Shown in pieces: positions 53,299 to 63,968 of a stretch of 64,000 nt of DNA. This stretch comes from Phycisphaeraceae bacterium (lineage in GTDB: Bacteria > Planctomycetota > Phycisphaerae > Phycisphaerales > Phycisphaeraceae). The stretch is from assembly GCA_963674705.1 (NCBI GenBank), contig OY771506.1, positions 704,001 through 768,000 on the forward strand. Reading direction: 5' to 3'. The translations under genes and the position numbers were made by a program. Numbering within the stretch: position 1 is the stretch's first letter; the number at the start of each line of letters is the position of its first letter. The notes under the pieces were generated by a model, which was given only the letters and a program-made list of their open reading frames with translations, was not told the DNA's origin and searched no databases.

Positions 53299-54168
53299 AT
53301 GAAGAACAAAAGATTATCTATTGTCATGGGGACGCTGGTTTTACTTGCGGTGCTCAGCCCTTCGCTGCTGGCTCAGTCTGAAACATTCGAATCATTCACA
53401 CATGCATGGCGGGATGACCCCGTGTGGTTTGATGGCAAGGCCGAGTGCGCCACGTATGAAGCGACGCGCACGATCTACGGCAAGCCGCGAACCTACACCG
53501 CACGCATCTACATCAATAAGGAACACGCCAGCCCTGAAACTTTCACGAAAAGTCCCGATGGAACAGGGCGTGCGGTTTTCAAGCTGCACGTGCGTGATGA
53601 TATCCCAACTGAAAATTACACGTATCATTTTTCGACGATGTGTTACGTGGGCCAGGACGATCTGAAGAGCCTGAAGCTGGACATGGGATCGCAGGAAGAC
53701 TGCGGTGCAACGTTCAAACAGTACATCAATCACGCGGGAACACTTCGCTGGCGTCAATTCAGCTACTTCCCAGATGAGGGGGAGCGCGGCGATGAACTGA
53801 AGCCTGAAACCAACTTTGCGTTTCAGGACGCACTACCGCTGATTTTGCGAGGGTATCCTTTTGATAATCCGCCCAAGACACTGGAACTGCAGCTGTTGCG
53901 TGATCAGACGGATACGCACCTGACCTTACCGGACGAATTAAAAACCGGTGTTGCGATCGTGACATACAAAGGGGTCGATTGGATTGGTGTGCCTAATCAA
54001 GACGATAAGGCCCATCACTTGGTCGTCCACCTTGCACCGGACTGGGTAGAGCATTACTGGTTTGCGGCGGACCCGGAGTTGTTACACGTCATGGTCCGGC
54101 ATGAGGGTGGGCATGGGATAAAATATGAATTAAAAACACTTGAACGTCGTGCATACTGGCGTCGCTAG
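53299..54168 (+). CDS. Secreted hypothetical protein
   Basis: Signal peptide; WFDGKAE and SQEDCG blocks look conserved; function unknown. Confidence 0.75.
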   Translation: MKNKRLSIVMGTLVLLAVLSPSLLAQSETFESFTHAWRDDPVWFDGKAECATYEATRTIYGKPRTYTARIYINKEHASPETFTKSPDGTGRAVFKLHVRDDIPTENYTYHFSTMCYVGQDDLKSLKLDMGSQEDCGATFKQYINHAGTLRWRQFSYFPDEGERGDELKPETNFAFQDALPLILRGYPFDNPPKTLELQLLRDQTDTHLTLPDELKTGVAIVTYKGVDWIGVPNQDDKAHHLVVHLAPDWVEHYWFAADPELLHVMVRHEGGHGIKYELKTLERRAYWRR

Positions 54169-54232
54169 GGCCTCTGGCCCGATGTAAGGGGTTGTACTAG
54201 GATGTGCAGGCTAACCCCACGAGGGCGAAAGA

Positions 54233-55750
54233 TTGATGCGTAAACGTATCCTGCTGCTGAGCCTGTTCTTTTTATGGGCGTATGCTTCACTGGCCTACGC
54301 CGGGCCGTTGGATGGTGCGCTTGAGCAACTACTTAACAGCCGGGACCTGCGCGGCACAAGCTATTCAATCTGCGTGATTGATGCGGATACCAACGAACTG
54401 CTCGCCGAGATCCGTGCCGATGAACCGATGATCCCGGCCAGCAACATGAAACTGCTGACCACCGCATCGGCGCTGGACATGCTGGGTGCTAATTTTGTTT
54501 TCCGGACCGAACTCGGTGTGATCCCCGAATCCCCCAATATGGGGAGCCAACTTATCATCCGGGGCGACGGCGATCCGGCGCTGGGCGATCCGATTCTGCT
54601 TAAGGAAGCCAACCTTACCGCAGAAGACCTGCTTACGCAGTGGGTCGATGCTGTGAAACAAACCGGCCAGACACACTTCGCACGGCTGATCGTGGACGAC
54701 ACGGTGTTCGACCAGCAGATGGTGCATCCCTCCTGGCCCGAGGGGCAGTTGCACAAGCACTACTGCGCCCAGGTCGCCGGGATCAACTTCCACGACAACT
54801 GCTTGCACATATTGCCTTCACCGGCAAGCCGTGTCGGCGCGGCCCCGCGATACGAACTGTATCCGGATTCACCCTTCCTGACGGTTTTCAACAGCGCGGT
54901 TACCGGCAAAGCCAACGAAGTGTGGATGGATCGCAAGCCCGGCACGAATGAGCTGACGTTGAAGGGGCGGGTTAAATCTACGTTCTATTCGCCGATACGT
55001 GTGACGCTCAACGATCCGCCGGTATACCTGGCGCAGTTGCTTATCGATCGACTCGGTAAAGCGGGGATACAGGTCGACCAGGTCGGTCGGCTTGTGCCGG
55101 GCCAGGCGTTGCCGGCGTATCAACCGATCCATCGTGTCGAAACCGTTTTGCCGGCGGTATTGCGGCGGACGAACCAGGACTCGATGAACCTGTTCGCCGA
55201 GGCGTTGCTCAAGCGGATGGGGCATGCGTTGACCGGCTCCTCCGGCAACTGGGAAAACGGCGCCGCTGCGATCCGTCACGCCTTAACCGAACGTCTGGGC
55301 ACGCATGCCACCGGCGCGACGATCGCCGACGGCAGCGGTCTTAGCCGAGATAACAAGGTGACGGCACGCGTGTTGGCTGAACTGCTGCAATCGATGCATC
55401 AAGATGCGGAGAAAGGCCCGATCTTCCTGGCGAGTCTTTCCTATAACGGAAAGGTCGAGCCAGACGAATCCATGGGCGACGGCACACTCGACGGGCGGTT
55501 CCGCAAGCTGCCAACCGGCCATTGGGTCTACGGTAAAAGCGGCTATATCCGCGGCGTCTCCGCGCTGTCCGGCTACCTGATCATCACCGATCCCAACGCA
55601 GCGACCGAACCCGGTAAGCCCATTGCCACCAAGCACACGATCGCGTTCAGCTTCCTGTTCAACGGCTTCCCGCCTTCGATCTCCAACGCCAGCATGAAAG
55701 ATCTGCAGGACCGGATGGTCGAGGTGATTGATCGGGAAGTTGGGGGATGA
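54233..55750 (+). CDS. dacB: Second peptidase S13 D-Ala-D-Ala carboxypeptidase/endopeptidase
   Basis: PASNMK, GDGDP, SMN, DGSGLSR, KSG. Confidence 0.92.
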   Translation: MMRKRILLLSLFFLWAYASLAYAGPLDGALEQLLNSRDLRGTSYSICVIDADTNELLAEIRADEPMIPASNMKLLTTASALDMLGANFVFRTELGVIPESPNMGSQLIIRGDGDPALGDPILLKEANLTAEDLLTQWVDAVKQTGQTHFARLIVDDTVFDQQMVHPSWPEGQLHKHYCAQVAGINFHDNCLHILPSPASRVGAAPRYELYPDSPFLTVFNSAVTGKANEVWMDRKPGTNELTLKGRVKSTFYSPIRVTLNDPPVYLAQLLIDRLGKAGIQVDQVGRLVPGQALPAYQPIHRVETVLPAVLRRTNQDSMNLFAEALLKRMGHALTGSSGNWENGAAAIRHALTERLGTHATGATIADGSGLSRDNKVTARVLAELLQSMHQDAEKGPIFLASLSYNGKVEPDESMGDGTLDGRFRKLPTGHWVYGKSGYIRGVSALSGYLIITDPNAATEPGKPIATKHTIAFSFLFNGFPPSISNASMKDLQDRMVEVIDREVGG

Positions 55751-55751
55751 A

Positions 55752-55893
55752 TCTAATTTCTAATCGCTGATCGTTAATCGCTAATGTGTCGCACGGGGTG
55801 GAGGCAAATAGATATCCGGCCCTTCGCTGTGCTCAGGACCGGCGTTGGAGCAAGAGATATTAGCGATTAACGATCAGCGAATAGCGATTAGAG
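55752..55893. repeat. MITE-like unit: inverted heptamer arms around a REP-like copy (55816-55848)
   Basis: tcgctgatcgttaatcgctaat ... attagcgattaacgatcagcga. Confidence 0.78.
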
Positions 55894-55899
55894 ATTCTT

Positions 55900-56757
55900 C
55901 TACCACACCCCATCCAATATCTGACGGATCGCATGAGCGACGCCGTGATCGTGGTTGGGTTTGGTGACGTAATTTGCGTGTTGTTTGGCGGCGTCGATGG
56001 CGTTTTCCATGGCGATGCCGCAGCCGGCGGCCTGGAGCATGGCGACGTCGTTGATCTCGTCGCCGATCACCGCGATGCTTTCGTGGCCGATATTCATTTG
56101 CTCAGCGATCCACTCTAAGCCGTGCCATTTGTTCACACCGGGTGCGAAGACTTCGAGGATGTGGACCGCTTCATCGGGATCAGGTGACTGGACGGCGGCG
56201 AAGGCGTGGGCTTCGATTTTGTCGGCAAAGTTTGCCTGCACTCTTTCGAGGATGCGCGGCATCTGTGAGCCGGGCGCGACCATGCCGATGCGCAGCGTGT
56301 GTTGAAGATCGTCGGGTGTTACCTCGCGTTGTTCGTGCAGTTGCGATTGGGTGAAGTCGAACCACCACTTGCTGTTGGGTGTGACCTGGCCGTGGCCGGT
56401 GATGAGGTATTCGTGACCGACGCGGTTGGGTTCGCGATAGGCGAGCACGGCATGCGGTTCATCGCGCAGCAATTCAACCAGATCCGACGCAATCTGTGGA
56501 TCGAACGCTGTGTGATGGGCGGACTTACCCGACTTTACATCGGTGATAGTCGCGCCGGTAACGAAGACACCGAGCCCGAGGTCGGGTACCTGGTCGAGGA
56601 TGTATTTGGACTCGCGCCAGCCGCGGCCGGTGCAGGGCACGACCGTCAATCCCGCCTGATGTGCTTCTGCGATGGCGGCAGCGTTCTCCGGGCTGAGTTT
56701 GCCCTCCGGGCACAGCAGTGTGCCGTCCAGATCGATTGCAAGCAGGCGGTACTTCAT
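55900..56757 (-). CDS. Cof-type HAD-IIB hydrolase
   Basis: AIDLDGTL, CTGR, GVNK, IGDEINDVAML. Confidence 0.92.
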   Translation of the reverse strand: MKYRLLAIDLDGTLLCPEGKLSPENAAAIAEAHQAGLTVVPCTGRGWRESKYILDQVPDLGLGVFVTGATITDVKSGKSAHHTAFDPQIASDLVELLRDEPHAVLAYREPNRVGHEYLITGHGQVTPNSKWWFDFTQSQLHEQREVTPDDLQHTLRIGMVAPGSQMPRILERVQANFADKIEAHAFAAVQSPDPDEAVHILEVFAPGVNKWHGLEWIAEQMNIGHESIAVIGDEINDVAMLQAAGCGIAMENAIDAAKQHANYVTKPNHDHGVAHAIRQILDGVW

Positions 56758-56794
56758 AGGGCGCACTGTATGCAGGAGGGGGTCAGGAATCAAA

Positions 56795-56926
56795 GGGGTG
56801 TGGGGTGTGGGAATTGTAATTTTGAATTTAGGATTGATGATTTATGATCTTTGCTAATGGCTAACAGCTAAAGGCTAATGGCTTTTCTCCCCCCAACGCC
56901 GGTCCTGAGCGCAGCGAAGGGGCGGG
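56795..56926. repeat. Heptamer arrays plus a REP-like copy (56891-56926)
   Basis: gggtgtg gggtgtg; atttaggattgatgattt; gctaatg gctaaca gctaaag; ccccaacgccggtcctgagcgcagcgaaggggcggg. Confidence 0.82.
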
Positions 56927-56970
56927 CATCTGATTTCAGACACCCGCCCGTTTTGTGTGCCACGTTTTCT

Positions 56971-57867
56971 CTAGACACCGGGTTCCGGTGCAGGAGAAGG
57001 CGCGGGCTGGATCAGTTCGAACTCGTCCGCCTGGATGCGGATCGGCTCGCCGAAGTCCGGCATGCTGATCATCTGATGGATTTTCTTCATGACTTCTTCG
57101 GGTAGCTGCGGTTGTTGTTCGGATTCTGGATCCCATACCCCATCAAAGAGGACCTTATCATCGGCATCGGTCACTTTCAGGTGTGGGCCGTCGTCGGTTA
57201 TTTGGTTTAACTCGATGGTGTGGTTGCCGTCCTTCATGCTTAATTTGAATCGCTCGCTGGGCACAAATTTTTCAGGCATGATGAATTGTTCGGGAACGAC
57301 ATGCTCAAGGTCGGTCTTAAGCTTTTCCAGTTCAAACTTCGGTATCGTGAAGAACTTAGCGTTGCTAGGCATGGTCATGTTGGGAAAATACATGCCGGGC
57401 GCTGGGCCGGGCATCATCGATAATTCGGGCACCTCGTGTTCGGCAAGCGTCGCGGTAATCTGTTGGCTTTCCCCGCCACGGATCAGAGTAAGTTTCACGG
57501 TGTCGCCGGGCTCGTGCAGGCGGATCAACACCGCGAGCTGCTCGAAGTTGACCAGCAACTGGTCGTCGAGTTTGTGCAATACATCATGCTTCTCAAGCCC
57601 GGCCGCCTGCGCGGGGCTGTCATCGGCGACGTGCGTCACGACGAGCCCGAGGCCCTTGGGGAGTTTGAGCTGGCTGTTCAATGCCGGGGAAACGCGATCG
57701 GCGGTAATACCCAGGAAAGTCGCTTTGACCATCTTCTGCTTGGGCGCATTTGCCATCACGTGAAACATTGGACCGGGTACAGGTGCATCCGGCTTTTTAT
57801 CTGCGTGCACGGGGGCTGTAACAAGCCCCATCATCAATAAGGCAACGGAGAGTGAAAAACGGTACAT
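56971..57867 (-). CDS. Secreted PDZ-domain protein
   Basis: Signal peptide; FLGI, GLVV..V..DSPAQAAGL..HDVL; no protease domain seen. Confidence 0.88.
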   Translation of the reverse strand: MYRFSLSVALLMMGLVTAPVHADKKPDAPVPGPMFHVMANAPKQKMVKATFLGITADRVSPALNSQLKLPKGLGLVVTHVADDSPAQAAGLEKHDVLHKLDDQLLVNFEQLAVLIRLHEPGDTVKLTLIRGGESQQITATLAEHEVPELSMMPGPAPGMYFPNMTMPSNAKFFTIPKFELEKLKTDLEHVVPEQFIMPEKFVPSERFKLSMKDGNHTIELNQITDDGPHLKVTDADDKVLFDGVWDPESEQQPQLPEEVMKKIHQMISMPDFGEPIRIQADEFELIQPAPSPAPEPGV

Positions 57868-57898
57868 GGCTTGTTTCCTTATACAAAATGCGTTTGAT

Positions 57899-58387
57899 TC
57901 AATAGGGATTCTGTCTGGTTAATGTGACTTCACGCACGGGGCGGATCAGCTCGATATCGCGGTTATTTCCAGGATCAAACCATCGCGTGCGTTCGATGGT
58001 ATCCTGAACAGTAGCGCGGATCGGTGGTCCGGCATCGATGTTGTAAGAAAACTGCGATTGAGCGATCGGCCACTGCGCATCGATCTGCGTGGGCCCCGAC
58101 ACGAGACGCGGACCGGCTTCATCAGAATACGTCGGCGTCAGTTCTTTGACCTCACCCAATCGCCCGGGCGTTGATTGATTGTTCGTGTTGTTCTGCAGAC
58201 CAAGCAATAAACCGGCGGCGAAACATATTCCTCCGAAACACGCGGCGGCAGCGTACCCGCGCCAATGTGAACGCCGATGGACCATCGTCTGCTCGATGCG
58301 GTGATCGAGCATCCGGCTCGGTTTATGCAATGGCAAGCCGCGCAAGGCGGTTTCCAGTCGTTCATCGTGGGGTTCTTGTTGGTTCAT
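57899..58387 (-). CDS. Putative single-TM anti-sigma factor
   Basis: ATGA-coupled to the ECF sigma gene; short N-domain followed by one TM. Confidence 0.7.
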   Translation of the reverse strand: MNQQEPHDERLETALRGLPLHKPSRMLDHRIEQTMVHRRSHWRGYAAAACFGGICFAAGLLLGLQNNTNNQSTPGRLGEVKELTPTYSDEAGPRLVSGPTQIDAQWPIAQSQFSYNIDAGPPIRATVQDTIERTRWFDPGNNRDIELIRPVREVTLTRQNPY

Positions 58388-58896
58388 ACTTCATCTCCCA
58401 ATACATCACGCAGCCGGCAAAGTGCGCGTTGGTAGCGCGAACTGATCGTGCTTAACGGCTCATCACACGCTTCGGCGATCTGCTGAAACGTCAAACCCGC
58501 ATACACCTTCATCACGACTGCGTGGCGCTGCTCATCGGGCAGGTTGTCGACCGCGTCGCGCAGCCGGTCGGCTGTTTCATCGGCGAGCACGGATTCGGAC
58601 GGATCGTGATACTGGCCGTTGTAGAGCGAGGTCGGGTCCGTCGCTGCTGTTTGTTTCCGACTCACCGTATCGATCGCGGTGTTCCGCACGGTGGCGAAGG
58701 TGTACGCAACCGGATCGCCACTGGCCGCAGTGCCGCGTCGCCACAATCTGGCGAACGCTTCCTGGACCGCGTCTTCAGCCAGGGCCGGTTGGCGGGTGAT
58801 CGAAAGCGCCAGGCTGTACAGGCCTTGGCGATGATCCCGATATATCCCTTCCAGTGAATCTCTCACCGATCCGGCGCCTCCCTCGGCCGCGTCCAT
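58384..58896 (-). CDS. ECF RNA polymerase sigma factor
   Basis: AEDAVQEAF, VRNTAID, LPDEQR, GLTFQQIAE, TISSRYQRAL. Confidence 0.92.
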   Translation of the reverse strand: MDAAEGGAGSVRDSLEGIYRDHRQGLYSLALSITRQPALAEDAVQEAFARLWRRGTAASGDPVAYTFATVRNTAIDTVSRKQTAATDPTSLYNGQYHDPSESVLADETADRLRDAVDNLPDEQRHAVVMKVYAGLTFQQIAEACDEPLSTISSRYQRALCRLRDVLGDEV

Positions 58897-58955
58897 GTTC
58901 TCTACCTGTATACACCCCCAAACCCGGTCGGGTTTACGCATCGGGGTGAAGTTTT

Positions 58956-60392
58956 TTATAGAAGTGGTGAGAACAGCGAAGCCGCGCCTTCGGCGTATTG
59001 CTTGATGATCGGCCGCTCGCGCCATTCGCTGAGCATGACCGGCTTGGAGTTATTGAGATACTGTTGCTGAGCGAAACGCAGATGCTTGGTGATCTGCCCG
59101 CCGTAAAGCAGAACATTCACTTCAAAGTTCAGGTAAAACGAACGGATATCGAGGTTTGCAGAACCGAGCAGCGCAAAGGCATCGTCGACGGTGATCGTCT
59201 TGGCGTGCAGCATGCCGCCGTCGTAGGTGTGGATGTTGATCCCCGCTTCGAGCAACGGCTGGTAGTAATAACGCCCGGCTGCGGCGACGAGCGGGTGGTC
59301 GGACTTCCGTGGCACGATCAGGTCGACCTGCGCCCCACGATCCGCCGCCATCGACAGCGCGACCAGGCTCGGTTCATCGGGGACCAGGTATGGCGTGGTC
59401 ATGATGATGTGCCGTTGGGCGGCGGACAGGGCCGCGATCAGCACGCGACGGAAGGTTTCACCCTCGTTGTTCGGTCCTGTCGGCACGACCTGTGCGGGGA
59501 TGTCGCCGGTCGGTTCGAGCGGGGGAAAAAGGTCCTCACCGCCAAGCGCCTGATCGGTTTCAAAGGTCCAGTCTTCGCAGAAAAGTTGCTGGAACTGCGA
59601 GACGACGGGCCCGGTGAATCGTGCGGACAGGTCGACCCACTTGCCCGCATGCTTGTGGCCGTAATCTTCATTGACCGCGTTATGGCTGCCGGCATAAGCG
59701 CTGCGCCCGTCGATCACCGCGACTTTTCGGTGGTTACGTAGATCGATCCGCGCAAGCTTTCTGCGCCAGGGAGCGACCGGCAGCATGGGGATGACTTCCA
59801 CGCTGTTATCGCGCAGATGCTTGGGCATCTCGCTGCGGAAAAACGGCCGAGAACCCGCGGCGTCCGCCAGCAACCGGCAGGCAACGCCCCGCTTGCTCGC
59901 GCGGACCAGCGCTTCGGTGATCTTTGTGCCGATATCATCGGGCCGATAGATGTAGTAGAGCAGGTGTGCGTGGTGCTTGGCCGCGTCGATATCTTCCACA
60001 AGCCGATCGGTCAGGTCGTCCGCACTGGAAAGCAGTTCAACATCGTTGCCCGCGATGATCGGGTTGCCGCTGATGCGTTCGGCCTGGAGGATCATGTTGT
60101 GTTGCTGCGGCTCGATCTCTGGCCGAACAACAAACTCCGCAAAGCGTTCGGGATTATAGCGGGCGCGCGATTGCGCCTGTGAGATGCCATAGGTTCGGAC
60201 GCGACGTTTGCCGAGGTGGCTCACGCCGATCAACAGATAGATAAACAGGCCTAATTCGGGCAAGAAGAAGATGAGCACCAGCCAGGCCATGGACGTGCTG
60301 GGTGAGAAGCGTCTGCGCAGGATGACACCGGCCATCACGATCCGGATGATCCATTCGGATGCCGCCAGCAGAATGAGTAGAAACCAAGCCAT
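58956..60392 (-). CDS. cls: Cardiolipin synthase
   Basis: Two N-terminal TMs; RNHRKVAVIDG and LHAKTITVDD HKD motifs. Confidence 0.93.
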   Translation of the reverse strand: MAWFLLILLAASEWIIRIVMAGVILRRRFSPSTSMAWLVLIFFLPELGLFIYLLIGVSHLGKRRVRTYGISQAQSRARYNPERFAEFVVRPEIEPQQHNMILQAERISGNPIIAGNDVELLSSADDLTDRLVEDIDAAKHHAHLLYYIYRPDDIGTKITEALVRASKRGVACRLLADAAGSRPFFRSEMPKHLRDNSVEVIPMLPVAPWRRKLARIDLRNHRKVAVIDGRSAYAGSHNAVNEDYGHKHAGKWVDLSARFTGPVVSQFQQLFCEDWTFETDQALGGEDLFPPLEPTGDIPAQVVPTGPNNEGETFRRVLIAALSAAQRHIIMTTPYLVPDEPSLVALSMAADRGAQVDLIVPRKSDHPLVAAAGRYYYQPLLEAGINIHTYDGGMLHAKTITVDDAFALLGSANLDIRSFYLNFEVNVLLYGGQITKHLRFAQQQYLNNSKPVMLSEWRERPIIKQYAEGAASLFSPLL

Positions 60393-60453
60393 GCAATATC
60401 ACCCCTGATACGGCCTACAGGTTAGCGGGCGATTGAGCTTTTAGCCAAGCAGA

Positions 60454-61596
60454 TCACCCAACAGGTTGAGAAGCCGTCGCAAGCGATCGCATGATGCGGA
60501 CCGCGACGTTGTCGCACGTGATCGAGAGATTGACGTTGGAAGCCAGCAGCATCTGCGCCTCATTGGTCGCTTCAACAACATTCAGCCAGGGAGTCAAAAT
60601 TGCTTCGCTTACGATCGTGTCATCCGGATCACATTGACTGGTGAGTTCAGCGATTCTGCTGCGAGCGTGGTTGGCGATCAGCGACCACATCATGTCGGCC
60701 GCCTGCTTGTTCGCGGCTTCCTTGGATGCGTTGTCATGTGCTTTGACCCAGTCGCCGGCAAACGTATCGATGAAGTCGTAAAGCATCTGGCCCAGCCCGG
60801 GCGTCGGTCTGCCTTGCGCTGCAAGATCGAGAGCGGGCAAGACATTGTCAGACCAACGAAGCAGATCGAACCGCGTGATGATCTGTGACCGCCCCATGCT
60901 GCCATCGGCAAACTGCATCAGAGCCCGGCGTTGGGTCGCGCTTAAATCCGGTGCGTGTCGGTCGCACCACCGCTCTATCGCTTCATTCGGCAAGGAAGTA
61001 AACGCGACACGCATGCACCGGCTGCGGATCGTCGGCAGCAGTTTGTCTTCGTTGCTGGTCACCAGGATGATCGTCGTCCCGTCGGGCGGTTCTTCAAGCG
61101 TCTTGAGCAAGGCGTTCTGGCCTGTCGGGTTCAGCAGTTCCGCTTCATCGACGATGAACACCTTGCCGTGCCCGAGCTTCGACGCCAGGTACGCGGGTTC
61201 GATTAATGCCGAGCGGAGCACCTGCACCGGGATGCTGGTGAGCTTGCGGTCGCGGATCGTGCGGTCTTCGTTGAAGCGAGCAAGCTCTTTGCGGATGACG
61301 TGCAGGTCCGGGTGGGCGGTGGTCAGGCCGTGCGTATCGTCTTCTTCGTCCGCGTCGTCTTCCTGCGAAAGCGATCTCAATAACCGGCACGATTCACAAC
61401 TGTCGCATGCGCTGACCTGGCCGGTTAATCCGGTCTGGCGATCATGACACAGCAGCACACGTGCGTATGCCAGCGCGGTGGTGAACTTCCCGACACCGGT
61501 GGGCCCGTGGAAGATCAGGGCGTGGTGCTGGCGACCGGTACTTAGCTGGCGATCCAGCAGGTCGATCGCCCGAGGTTGTCCGAGGATGCGGTCCAT
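60454..61596 (-). CDS. holB: DNA polymerase III subunit delta'
   Basis: GPTGVGK, CDSCESC, HPDLH, DEAE, NALLKTLEEPP, LPTIRSRC. Confidence 0.93.
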   Translation of the reverse strand: MDRILGQPRAIDLLDRQLSTGRQHHALIFHGPTGVGKFTTALAYARVLLCHDRQTGLTGQVSACDSCESCRLLRSLSQEDDADEEDDTHGLTTAHPDLHVIRKELARFNEDRTIRDRKLTSIPVQVLRSALIEPAYLASKLGHGKVFIVDEAELLNPTGQNALLKTLEEPPDGTTIILVTSNEDKLLPTIRSRCMRVAFTSLPNEAIERWCDRHAPDLSATQRRALMQFADGSMGRSQIITRFDLLRWSDNVLPALDLAAQGRPTPGLGQMLYDFIDTFAGDWVKAHDNASKEAANKQAADMMWSLIANHARSRIAELTSQCDPDDTIVSEAILTPWLNVVEATNEAQMLLASNVNLSITCDNVAVRIMRSLATASQPVG

Positions 61597-61754
61597 AAGT
61601 CCATCCTAGCAGAGACCGGCTAAATGTATCAGTCTGGTGCGGTTTTTCAGAAATATATCAAGGTTTTGCCGAGCATTTGCGTGCGACGGGCACTCGGCAA
61701 ACGGCCCCGGCTTTGATACAATCCGGTGCTCATTCACTTATTAGCGAGGTGGCC

Positions 61755-62444
61755 ATGACAACCCCCAACGGCCCGTTTGATGCGCCTGTGGACTCGGCCG
61801 ATCCCGGCATGGGTAGACCGATCGTGGCGCTGGTGATGGTCTTCATCGTTGGTATAGCGTGCGTCGGCCTGATCTACGCCGTCGGTGAACCGATCGATCC
61901 AACCACGATGGTCGCGGCAGACGGTTCGGACCAAGTAGACGCCGAGGCGAAAACAACAGAAGAAGTCGACACTTCAAAACCGTCGACCCACAACACAATA
62001 CCCCCCGCTCAAGCCTACGTCTCCCCCGGCGGCACCAACCCCTTCCCGAATTACGGTGAACCCAAAGCCCCGCCGATACCTCCCACTCAACTCATCGATG
62101 AGCAAACGTTCGACGCCCCACCGCCGCAGGCTTCCACGCTCCCCGATCCCGAAGGCCCCGTGCCGTGGGACGAGGCGTACAAATACCTCGATCGTGTGAT
62201 CACCGTAAAGGGCACGATTGTTGACACGAATAACATCGGGAACATCTGCTTCCTGAATTACGACTCCGACTGGCAGGACAAGTTCTACATCGCGATGTTC
62301 AAGGAAGCGTTTGAACTGTTGCCCGATCCGCCGGAGGAACACTACCTGAATAAAACACTGTTGGTCACCGGGAAAGTCACGCTGCATAAAGACCGCCCTC
62401 AGATCGAGGTGCGGGATGTGTCGCAGATCGAGGTTGTTGACTGA
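61755..62444 (+). CDS. Membrane-anchored protein with a C-terminal OB-fold-like domain
   Basis: TM, Pro-rich linker, VITVKGTI...VTGKVTLH..RPQIEV...SQI. Confidence 0.7.
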   Translation: MTTPNGPFDAPVDSADPGMGRPIVALVMVFIVGIACVGLIYAVGEPIDPTTMVAADGSDQVDAEAKTTEEVDTSKPSTHNTIPPAQAYVSPGGTNPFPNYGEPKAPPIPPTQLIDEQTFDAPPPQASTLPDPEGPVPWDEAYKYLDRVITVKGTIVDTNNIGNICFLNYDSDWQDKFYIAMFKEAFELLPDPPEEHYLNKTLLVTGKVTLHKDRPQIEVRDVSQIEVVD

Positions 62445-62530
62445 CCGGTTATTGATTAACAGCACAAGCCAAGCGTACCACGAATCAGTACCCAATTATC
62501 CTTAACCACCTTGGAGATTGAGAACCCCTC

Positions 62531-63937
62531 ATGAGCTCAGGAAGCAAACCCGGCAGTGCGGACCAGCCTCTGCGTGTCGCCATCATCGGTGCCGGCCCCG
62601 CCGGCTTCTACGCCGCAGATCACCTGCTTAAGCAAGCAGACCTTAACGTGGAAGTCGACATGTTCGACCGGTTGCCGACGCCCTTCGGTCTTGTGCGCCA
62701 CGGCGTCGCGCCAGACCACCCGAATATCAAGAAAGTCACCAAGGTCTTCGACCGCACCGCGCAGAACCACAAGTTCCGTTTCTTCGGCAACGTCACCTGC
62801 GGTACACACCTTAAACCCTCCGACCTCCGCAAGTACTATCACCAGATCGTCTACACCGTCGGCGCCCAGACCGACCGTCGGCTCAACATCCCCGGCGAAA
62901 AATTGAAAGGCTCGCACTCGGCGACCGAGTTCGTCGCCTGGTACAACGGCCACCCGTATTACCGTGACCTGGAATTCGACCTGTCACAGGAAAGTGTCGC
63001 GGTGGTCGGTGTGGGCAACGTCGCGGTCGACGTCGCTCGCATCCTCTGCCGGACGGTGGATGAACTGAAGGAAACCGACATCGCCGACTACGCGCTCGAG
63101 CAGCTTGCCGAGAGCAAGGTCAAGCATGTTGTGATGCTCGGCCGGCGCGGGCCCGCTCAGGCCGCGTTCAGCCTGCCGGAACTCAAAGAACTGGGCAAGA
63201 TGCATGATGCACAGGTTCGCGTTTTGCCCGAGGAAGTCGCGCTTGATGAACTGACGATGAAGTACATGGCCGACAACCCCGACAGCACCGTCGAGAAGAA
63301 GGTCGAGACGCTGCAAGCCCTGGCCGAAGCGCCGGACGAAGGCAAGTCGCGTGACCTGATCATCCGCTTCCTCGTCTCACCGACGCAGATCACCGAGAAG
63401 GACGGCTGCGTTGCAGGCATCGACATCATCCACAATGAACTGTACAAGACCGACGACGGCACGCTCCGCCCGCGCGCTACTGAAAAGAGCGAACACCTGG
63501 ATTGCGGGCTCGTGTTCCGCAGCGTCGGGTATCAGGGCGTCGCGCTGGAAGGCGTCCCCTTCCATTCACGCTGGGCGGTGATCCCGAATGAAAAAGGCCG
63601 CGTTACCGATGACAAGACACACGAGCAACTCGTCGGTGAATACTGCGCCGGCTGGATCAAACGTGGCCCGACCGGTTTGATCGGCACGAACAAGGGCGAC
63701 GCCATCGAAACCGTTGAGTGCATGCTTGAAGACGTCCAGTCGGGCAAGCTGCTCAACCCCGAGCACCCCGACGCCGATGCCGCAGAGAAGTTCGTGCGTG
63801 AACGCCAGCCGGCGTTCTTCAGCTACGACCACTGGCAATCGCTGGACGCCCACGAACTTAACCTCGGCAAAGAGCTTGGCCGACCCCGCGTGAAACTCAC
63901 GACGATCGAGTCCATGCTCGATGCGCTGGGGGATTGA
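62531..63937 (+). CDS. Ferredoxin-NADP+ reductase, adrenodoxin reductase/FprA type
   Basis: GAGPAGFY, FGLVRHGVAPDH, GVGNVAVDVAR, GWIKRGPTG.IGTN. Confidence 0.92.
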   Translation: MSSGSKPGSADQPLRVAIIGAGPAGFYAADHLLKQADLNVEVDMFDRLPTPFGLVRHGVAPDHPNIKKVTKVFDRTAQNHKFRFFGNVTCGTHLKPSDLRKYYHQIVYTVGAQTDRRLNIPGEKLKGSHSATEFVAWYNGHPYYRDLEFDLSQESVAVVGVGNVAVDVARILCRTVDELKETDIADYALEQLAESKVKHVVMLGRRGPAQAAFSLPELKELGKMHDAQVRVLPEEVALDELTMKYMADNPDSTVEKKVETLQALAEAPDEGKSRDLIIRFLVSPTQITEKDGCVAGIDIIHNELYKTDDGTLRPRATEKSEHLDCGLVFRSVGYQGVALEGVPFHSRWAVIPNEKGRVTDDKTHEQLVGEYCAGWIKRGPTGLIGTNKGDAIETVECMLEDVQSGKLLNPEHPDADAAEKFVRERQPAFFSYDHWQSLDAHELNLGKELGRPRVKLTTIESMLDALGD

Positions 63938-63968
63938 GTTAAGGTTGGTCGCGACAAATTAACCAACA

